The notes beneath the pieces are model-generated. The model made no database searches, had not been told where the DNA came from, and was given only the letters and a program-made list of their open reading frames with translations. Positions 54,990 to 64,000 of a DNA stretch of 64,000 nt are shown piece by piece. Every line of letters starts with the position of its first letter. Position 1 is the first letter of the stretch. This stretch comes from Trichoplax sp. H2 (lineage: Eukaryota): assembly GCA_003344405.1 (NCBI GenBank), contig NOWV01000124.1, positions 1-64,000 of the forward strand, written 5' to 3'. The position numbers and the translations under genes were made by a program.

Positions 54990-55921
54990 CAGCCCTCTAA
55001 AAACTGATCGTTAGTATGGCGTATATATAGACATCAAAATACAAAAATATGAACGGATTAATAATAGCCATAAAGTCTATTAAATATATTTCTAATACTG
55101 ATGCCCTAAAGTAAATTTACGTAGGATTAAATAGTTGAGCTAATAATTTCTGCAATACTTACAAAATGACCATGGTGGTGAGAAATAAAAGCGTCACCAG
55201 AATATAGCAGATAGAAATGAAACTAAAGCTCGGATTAATTTGTTCAAAAATTGATGTTGTTGTCTAACTGATAAAATTAGCTCAGATTTAACATAATTTC
55301 TTTGATGAAAGATGATTCGCCAGGAAAGAAATAAAAGCAAGCACGACGGTATTACCTAGCAAATAATCGTTAGGAAATTGTTATAAACTGAAACTGATGT
55401 ATTGAATTCAGAATAATCACAAAATGGGTTAAACTCATCTGAATACGTAATGTGACCCCATTCTGGCGATACTGCTAGAAACGAAGCCAGCCAAATAAAC
55501 ACTTCGCAAATGGCAATTAACTTCTTTTATACAGCCTAAGACTTGAGCGATAAGCCTTAACAATTATGAAATAACGATCAATGCTAATTAAAGCTTAATT
55601 CATAATTTACACGACGCATAGTAAATAGTTAGAATTCGAAAAGTCTACAAAATACTGAGATATTCGTTGACGGGACAGCATTTGCAGGTGCTATCAGGTA
55701 GCAAATGATAGCAACACTATTTGATATAATGTTAGATGTAACGGCCATCAGCATCAAATAATAGGTCTATTTATGAAAGTAAGTATAAGTTACAAAAATA
55801 TGTAATAACACTAAATTAGCAACCAATCCGATGCCCGGTTTATATGAAGCTACAATAGCCGTTACAGTCTAACTGTTGCAATATTCTAGAAGCAGGTTCT
55901 AAAATATTAAAACATTGCCAT
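54990..55921 (-). pseudogene. Heavily decayed class A GPCR pseudogene (cluster gene 8), not in ORF track
   Basis: Manual translation gives colinear fragments GIGLVANLVLLHIFVTYTYFHK*TYYLMLMAVTSNII, IMN*ALISIDRYFIIVK, WRIIFHQRNYV and AIINPFIFLYFD. The 3' boundary is approximate. Confidence 0.85.
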
Positions 55922-57674
55922 TTGTTGCCTTATTTGACTGATATGTATAGTTGTCCATACTGCTAATAGTTCGGTAGCCAAATCAGTGTGCAGATATGAA
56001 TGTTAGGGAAGTGAGCTGCATTATGAGAATATTCCATTTGATTTTCCAGATTATCAGTCTTTCTTTAGTAAATTCTTTTAGTCACACCTAGGTAGGGGGA
56101 TGGTAATTAATCGTGAAAAGATTTTTAACGGTGAAATCAGTAACGAGGTAGAATTATGAAAGTTAATCATATGCGTCATTTATCATATACTCATAGTTTA
56201 CATTACATTATTAATTTTGGCGGAATTATACTTCAAAGAAAGTAGTTAGTAAAATTCTTACTTTAAAATGTTCACAAATCTAGGGAAATCTCTACAGTGG
56301 GTTCTTATTATGCCTGAAGTTCACAATTACGAGTTTTGCATGATTCTTCATAGTAACATTTGCATTCTTACTAATGTACCGCTTTTAAAAGAAAGAAAAG
56401 ATTTGAAGTAAAGTCCTTTAGATAAGCTAAATGTATCATAAATATATGATTTTAATTTTAACTCAAACTGCAATTTGGTACCTTACTTAGTACCTTAGCA
56501 ATTTGTTCGCATCTCTAGAGCAATTTAACTACCAGTATCGGTTCGCTGTATTCCAACTATAAGTCAAGAATGTAGTGATAAAATTAATGTTGACGAATTA
56601 CTTCTTGTGATTGCTGGGAATTAATCAAGTATTATAATATTGATATTAATGATGGAATAATTAGGACGAGCTTACGCATCGTAACAAACATGTACAGTAT
56701 CAGCAAGGGAAATGCCTTCATTATCATTTTCTACTCTAGATTTGTTCAATATCATCATTAGATGGATCATATCAATACTGCAAATTCTGGTCATCGTACA
56801 TCATCACTGACAAAGACAATAATATATAAATATAGAATTTTATTTTTTTTCAGCTTGACAACACTTAATATTCAAACAGAATGAGCTTGGAAGTAGCATT
56901 ACATGAAGAAAACTTTGCCAACCACCAAGATAATAGATCATTTTTAAATTGAAGCCCTCATTTGTAAGGAAACTTTATTATTTCTTTTTATTGAGAAACA
57001 TCAATCATTCTTACCAATATAAGACTTGACAGCTTTCCAGCCACTAGAATTGAACGATCTTAAACAGAAAACAAGTAGTTATATGAATACATATAACGTG
57101 CAAAACGAAGTATCTAAATCAATGTTATTTCCATCAATTAATATGTTAGTAACATAGTAAAGATATAACAGCTACATCATTATGTTTTGATTACTTTCTA
57201 AAATGCTTGAATCAACAAACGAAAATTGATTATATTTTGAAATAATAATGTCGAAATAAATGAATTAGCATTGCAATTATATTATGCAGTGGTAGTATAA
57301 GTTGTTGCTTATGCATGCAGTTTTTATTAATTAAATACGACTACCGAACATGCAATATTTACGGTAGGTACTACTAAACCGCGTACAAAATATAGATCGA
57401 GTAGTGGTTATGTTAGTATTTTGCTGTAGATGAAAACAAATTGATATCCTGTACGCGATTCATTAGATTCTACTTGTGCACTCCGGCTACTTTTACATAC
57501 ACGATACATATGCAGTTCAAGTTTGTTTTATTTTATATTTCGCATTCGATCAATATGGCAAAGTCGAGCATTTACAAGCTATCATTTAATATCGGTAATA
57601 AGTTTCATTTAAGAGTATATCTTGTTTTATTGTTTGCATTTTAATTTATCTGCGATATTAATGTAACGTTATAG

Positions 57675-57931
57675 ATCCAAAGGAGCACTTTTTCCAAATT
57701 GCAAATACAATTGGTTTGGATTGGACAAAATTGGCTGCAACTTTGGATCAATCCATCGATGTTGATAGTATTAAAGATGAAGAGAGTGGGATTTTTGACC
57801 AAGCGATGAAATTTCTCAAGAAGTGGCATAAAAAAAATTATCCAAATGTACATGTTGATCAGCTTCAAGCAGCTTTACGACGAATAGATAGGAACGATAT
57901 TGCTTTGGCTATTAAGCCCACTAAAACATGA
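57675..57931 (+). CDS. Terminal exon encoding a death domain
   Basis: After the acceptor TATAG (57670-57674) it reads PKEHFFQIANTIGLDWTKLAATLDQSIDVDSIKDEESGIFDQAMKFLKKWHKKNYPNVHVDQLQAALRRIDRNDIA...*. This matches the death-domain pattern (IG.DW..LA..L ... Q....L..W ... L..AL..I.R.DIA). Upstream exons are unresolved. Confidence 0.75.
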
Positions 57932-60418
57932 AAATATTGTTGCGTAATGGCATATTTTTCAGTGTAATGCTTGTCTTTCGAATAGTAAGTACGGTATTAT
58001 AGATTGAGAAATTGATTATAACTATTAATCCTATTAAGAACGGAACTGTATTCGTACATGTAGTCGATATTGTGCTTTATTTAACGACTACTTAAAATCG
58101 ATTAAATTCTATTTCTTTAAATATAAAGCAAAAAACGTAAGCAAATTTAATACTCTTTACACTCTGTATTAAGACTATCATCTGTCATAAAGTAATTTTC
58201 AGCTAATTTGTATATTAATTATCGAGTGGAGTGTGCATTTGTACAGCCTCTATGAGATGAAAGAGGAAAGCAAACTAGACTTGATTTGTTAAAAGCAATC
58301 AAATATTTACTTGTATTAATTTTACTATTGCCTTTTCTTTTCGCATACCTATTTGGAGTCTGGTTGTATCTATTTTATAGACCCTATAATAAATCAATTT
58401 ACCTATCTTCCAAAATAGCATAAATTTTAGTCATCGTGCGTACTATAGTCATCGTACCTCAAGAGATTCAGCAAATTAGCATTGTGAATATAAACAGTAC
58501 ATGTATATTCGTTCTGAATTCTCGTTCAGCTGCTTTGGCTTAAATAGCGTGTAGTAAGCTAATTCTAAGGCTCCAATATAAATCAGACTATCGAGATTTC
58601 TATAACCATGTTCAATTTTATTACAAGGAAAAACAAACAGTAGCTGCATCTGCAATAAACTAGCAACAAGAAGAAACCCTCGATTTACTCAATACATATG
58701 CTTATAAACCTAGCAGATATCCTATTAAGTAATTACAGTGAAAATCCGATTCCTTTAATGATGTTATCACATGAAAATGTTGTAGCAACTTACAGCACAC
58801 TCTAAGCCTGAATCTGGACTGTACTCTAAGCATGATTTGATATCGACAGTGCCAGTGTGGTGAGTGGGTTCTAAACCATTTGAGTTCACGATCACTAACT
58901 CAAAATTTAAGTTATCAAAATGGAGCAAATCTCTAACTTGACACTATTAAGTAGACACCGTCTTTAGTTTCAACGTATCGTTATAGCTACTGTCCGTTGT
59001 GCATATTTAAAATAATCAGTTCATATGCTAGATGTCGGTATAAACTACTGTATTTGCATCTTAGTTTTAGTTCTATTTTTTCCAATTAAAGCATCTAAAA
59101 CGAAATTTAAGACCCTGGTATGTACAAGAAAACAAATTAGAATTCCTATTTATCTAAGAGCGGAAATAAGATTGTTATAAACTTCATCGAAATGAAGTTG
59201 AATTTGTCTTTAAACTGATTAGACTCTTAAGCTGGGACGAAAATTGAAGAATTGAAATCTCTTTATAAAACCGGACGCTACGAAGAGTCTCTCAAAGTTT
59301 TACCTATCACTGATCAATCTCGTCAAGAGAATAATAATGAATCAGGCCTAAATTGATATGATATTTGCATCATTCGTCATATTAGGGTATTAGTCACGAC
59401 AGAGCATTAAGATGGATGCACATTTGATAATTGTAGACTTAATCTTTCCCTACAATTCTTACAGTTGGTTTTTTTTTTAATCATTATCAACAATCACTCG
59501 TAAGCATATTATCTAAGTCGATACATATTAATATACGGGCTAAGTAAAGTAACCGAAAATATTATTTTTGACACTATGGCAGAATGATTCCAGATACCTA
59601 TTTATATATTCTCTGCCTAATCCTATCCATATTCCAGGTGTTTCTGTTTTTACACCATATTTTCTTATTCGTCTCATAACAGATTTTTATCCATGCAAGC
59701 ATTCTGATAACTACGGTGATAAATTACTAATATTCACATCTCCTACTTCTATAATTATTTATCTAGAATTGTGTTATTAAGGACTAGATACTGAAGAAAT
59801 CAATTTCTCATTCATTTGCTTTCGTCAATATTTAATGATCATGATTGACTATAAATATAAAGTCAAATATATTTATACAGAGATTATGCGATGCTTTAGA
59901 TGCTAAATTTGGACTGATGTCATTTATTTCTATTGTGGTAGTGGACTGTTTAACAGTATTTAATGCTAGATTCCTTATTAAATTACTTCCTGATTTACAG
60001 ACCACACGCGTATTCAGCAACTGCTGTATTTATTCGAGAAATTGAATAATGTCAATACAGGCTTTCTATCGATCTCAGCCTGGATGTTTATCAATACCTT
60101 TAGATTGATGTCGTATTGACTGCCTTGTTTAATAATAGGAATTGTTTGTTATTAACATATTATTAATTGTAAATAATAAGTAGGTTATAATCTTTTATTC
60201 ATGCCTAAACTTGCATCATGTACATTCCAAAGTCTATAGAGTGCAAGTTAGTGTATTATCATTTTAATTCTCTGAATTAAAACCTTTCTACTAATTAAGC
60301 AATAACCAGGCTTTAAAAATATTTAAAAATATTTGGTAAATCTTCTAATATTTACTGTAAGTGTTTTTATATCATTAGATATCGTACCAGGTTTCAGTTA
60401 TTATGTTAAAAAATTGTG

Positions 60419-63400
60419 CTAGAAACGACGGAATAGACTAGATAAATTGCCTTGAATACTGGACTGAGAAAAAACTTGCCCTAAGGAAATAGAAGGACTA
60501 GGACAGACTTTCTCCAGCCATTTTCTTAGTATTTCGTTGAGCTCCCCAGGTCTGAAAGTATAATTATTGTATAGTAAGTTGTATTATCAAAGGGCAAATG
60601 TACCAGCGCAATATTACGATTTATAAATTCAATTAAATATCTTCGCAAAAAGGAAGATCGTAGGATGGAAATTGATATTGAGAGGACATTTATTAAAATT
60701 TAAAATATTTTTATTTCAGCTTGTAAATAACCTCTTTATCTTAATCGATATTAAAAGTACCTTTCAAACTGAATGCAGTGGCCGCAATCTAAGCTATACG
60801 TGGTTAAATTAGGTACATATTTCTCCATATTTTTAACAAGTCCCTGTCGAAATATATTATCGTATTCTGCGACGACTATTAATGCCGGCTGAGAAACCTA
60901 GAGATAGAACACCAAGTGCATTCACGCCTGATCATCATGCCTTATTTCAACAGTATACTTAGTAAGGCTAGGAAATGGCGAAATTTTATCAGCGACAGGT
61001 TATACGAAATGAAACGGTAACGATTAATCGCTGAAACTACCAAAATTAACGTAAGAACTCAAACATCCAATACCTATCAAAATTACTGAATATTGTAAGC
61101 CAATTGATTGAAATATCATGTATAAGGAAATATAAAATTTACCTGTCTACCAATAAATTTAAGATTCCACTTCCAAGTTTTTGGATAGGTGCGATAGTAA
61201 TTTAATCCAGGTCTACGTTAAGATATCCATATTAGCAGTGTATCATTAAAAGGTATTCTTTGTTGACTTTAATATGGTATATTCGTAAATCATTTTAAGT
61301 ATATCTTTCGGCTTTCAAAGAGTCCGCGTATGAACAGATTAATATTTGAAGCAATCTTATAAATTACATGACTGGAATTTTGCCTACTAATATTTAAATT
61401 TCAATGTCCAGTTTTACAATAGCTCAGCCTTAACTTAAACGCTATCTTCGGGATTCCAAATTTTAGTTAATTACCATTTTAATGTAGAAGACTATACTGC
61501 AAGCCTTAAAAACATTCCTGATATAGATGTACTATCGCTTTATTCCAGTATTACCTAAATCCAGTTTGCTTAAAAGTCTTAATGTACTCTTGCATTTCTT
61601 CTTCGGTTAAGAAGGGCGTATCTGGTAGTTCCTCTGGTAAGCCTACTAGTATGCCGCCTAATAGAGTATAAAAATATTATTTCTAAAAAAGAAACGAGAG
61701 AAGTAAAGTAAAGACATCCTATTTAGCATAGAAATTAACTTCAACACAATTTTTTTAATAAAAATCACTGAATCCCATTATTGTAGCAAAATATGGTAGT
61801 TAAAAACTGGAATAGAATATATACGGTATGCAATAACGATTATTTGATGTTAAGATCTATTTGGTGTTAAATTTATATCTCATTTATGGCTAAAATAGTG
61901 AAATGGAAATATCTACGTCGAACTAAATTACTCTTAAAAAAATAAAATTTTAATTGCAATGACTACTGTACTCTTTTTTAAAATTATATTAAAGTTAGTA
62001 GTATTTCCTAAGCAAAATGTTCTACTTTTCAAGCTCGCATTAAAATCATCCATAGAACGCACCTCTCTTCCGAACAGTACTAAAATCTACTTTATCTTTT
62101 AACCAGCTCTAGATTGTTACACATAAATATGTTTAAGTTAAATTTGAGTCAATATTTTGCGTCCAATCATAGCTACGAAAAATGTAATACAATACACTTA
62201 ATGGACCAATTTGAACTTACAATCGGACCATAATCTCCTAAATAAACGTTAAATGTGCGTTTATAATCTTTCTCAAGTTCAGCTTCTGCTTTACCCTACA
62301 CAATCATTAAGTTACATAAACTAAAAATTTGTGCTAAAACGCATGTAATACGTTGGATAATATTTTCAATACAAAAAATTTAGATTCTTATCTATTCACA
62401 AGAGTGCTATTGATAGATCAAACATGATACCAGCCTAGTAGAATTATTCGCATGCGATTTTTTTGAATCAAATATTCGACAAATACTGGTCCTTGCTTTA
62501 ATTATTTCCTTCACATGGAAATCACTCGTACTATTGTATCGATCTAAATAATACAAATTACGTGTGTTTTTCTTTCTAAAAGCATTTATTAAAAAATATT
62601 ACCTCTTGCTGATAGTAAAACTGATAATCGAATTGTCTCGGATTTTTTTTGATATGTTGTAGAAAGTTCTTATATCGATGTTGAGGTTTATATGGTACGT
62701 TTAGACTGCCTACGGCTCTAATATAATCCATTAATAATTAATAAACAATCTATAAGTCTAACTTTAATAACGAAGTTAGTAAAATAGTTCAGCGGCCAAC
62801 TTACTCGACACGATCTGGAAAATGTAAAGCACAAAACCAAGCAATGATACTGCCTAAGTCGTGGCCAATTAATATCGCTTTGTGTATAAACTGTATATAA
62901 TTTTAATAAATTATGTTAGATCAAGATCGAAAGAATTTCTAACTTGAATCAATTAAATTTCTAAGCAAAAATTTCAGCGTCGACGATAAATTATTATTTT
63001 ATTTCATGCTTATAAGGCGTATAAGTATTTATTCTGTTCTAGTTTTACCAACGAATCCATGGTATCAATGACATCCTGTGCAAGAAAGAAGTATACAATC
63101 TGCTAAGTTGGCAACAATCTTTAACATGATTACGTTTCTAGAATGATTATGACGCTAGTGCATATTGTTGCATTCGATTTGCGTCTGTTATGTTGCAGAA
63201 ATACCACTAATATACTAGTATGTACTTGCCTGCACAATTTTATCTGCGGTATAGTCTTCAATATCTAATTTACAAACGATAATTCACCAGATCATAAATA
63301 ATTATAAACTAGAAATGTATGATGTCAGTTTTAAATAATCTGAAATATTTATTCAGGCTTGGTATTTTCTTTCTTGCATTAGAAAGTATTTTAAAGGCAA

Positions 63401-63916
63401 TCAATGAGTTCTATTCACTAGCATTTGTGGGTCACTACCTGGTGGACAACTAGATTGACCAAATCCTCGTAAATCAAGGGCAATAGCTCGATAGCCTAGC
63501 TTGGCAAGATAGGGAATCTACAGTAAAATAACTCATAACAGTTAATGATGGCTGCTAATTATATAATTTAATATTATTTAAACAACACCATTAAAAAGAA
63601 TGTCTTTTAAAACTCTCTATTAAATAAGTAAATAAATATACCAAAATAGTGATAGCGAGTTACTTTTAAGCTAAGCCATATTTATACTTAGCAATATCAG
63701 TTTGATGCTGCTTAAATTTCTTGATATTAAATAGCAATATTAACTTAAAACAGTATGAATTCTAAATTACTACACCGTTATAATAGCAAATTAACAGCCA
63801 TATGATGAATTCTATCTTGCCTGATATCTCCAGCTATACCAATAATGTGGAAAGCCATGGCATAAAATAATCGGAGGACCATTCCCTTTTTCTACAAATT
63901 TAATTTTTATTCCGCT
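60419..63916 (-). CDS. EPHX2: Soluble epoxide hydrolase (EPHX2-like alpha/beta hydrolase), last 12 coding exons; 5' part lies beyond the window
   Basis: Exons 63821-63916, 63439-63517, 63230-63264, 63049-63075, 62805-62890, 62603-62717, 62221-62295, 62063-62108, 61555-61657, 61143-61212, 60761-60897 and 60419-60551 total 1002 nt with all phases consistent. They give CHGFPHYWYSWRYQIPYLAKLGYRAIALDLRGFGQSS...GHDLG...FDYQFYYQQEGKAEAELE...GFRPGLNYYR...PALIVVAEYD...CGHCIQFERPGELNEILRKWL. Confidence 0.92.
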
Positions 63917-64000
63917 CTGACAATCGTCCATAAGGGAGAAGGTTCATTTCAGTAGAGTAACAAGACGTTAACAAATATTTAGCTTGTTGTTAGCAGTTGG

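Noticed and set aside
56854-56963. Exon-like segment with strong acceptor and GTAAGG donor upstream of the death domain
   Set aside because: It has stops in all three frames, so it could only be a UTR exon and cannot be supported.
58739-58860. Kinase-like phrase LMMLSHENVV suggesting an IRAK-like DD-kinase gene
   Set aside because: The frame has a stop, no other kinase motifs were found, and the DD exon already terminates.
59568-60045. Short ORFs 59568-59780, 59832-60020 and 59845-60045
   Set aside because: No recognisable homology or consistent splice chain.

Overview
This is AT-rich eukaryotic (animal) genomic DNA with four 20-N assembly gaps. The short introns, composition and gene content resemble a placozoan such as Trichoplax, but that is an inference. 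The window has four main components. (1) A tandem, co-oriented (all minus strand) cluster of eight paralogous single-exon class A (rhodopsin-like) GPCR loci spans 5.4-55.9 kb. Five are intact, one has two frameshifts, one has several lesions, and one is heavily decayed and absent from the ORF track. (2) A death-domain terminal exon lies at 57.7-57.9 kb. (3) The last 12 coding exons of a soluble epoxide hydrolase (EPHX2-like) gene lie at 60.4-63.9 kb on the minus strand. They are invisible in the ORF track, and two of the introns use GC donors. (4) Many 530-630 bp TG...CA solo-LTR-like elements with 4-5 bp target-site duplications, from several families, are scattered through the cluster. At all four gaps the assembly places an empty allele next to an insertion-bearing allele, which suggests heterozygous, recent insertions. 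No rRNA, tRNA, CRISPR or transposase/pol ORF was seen.
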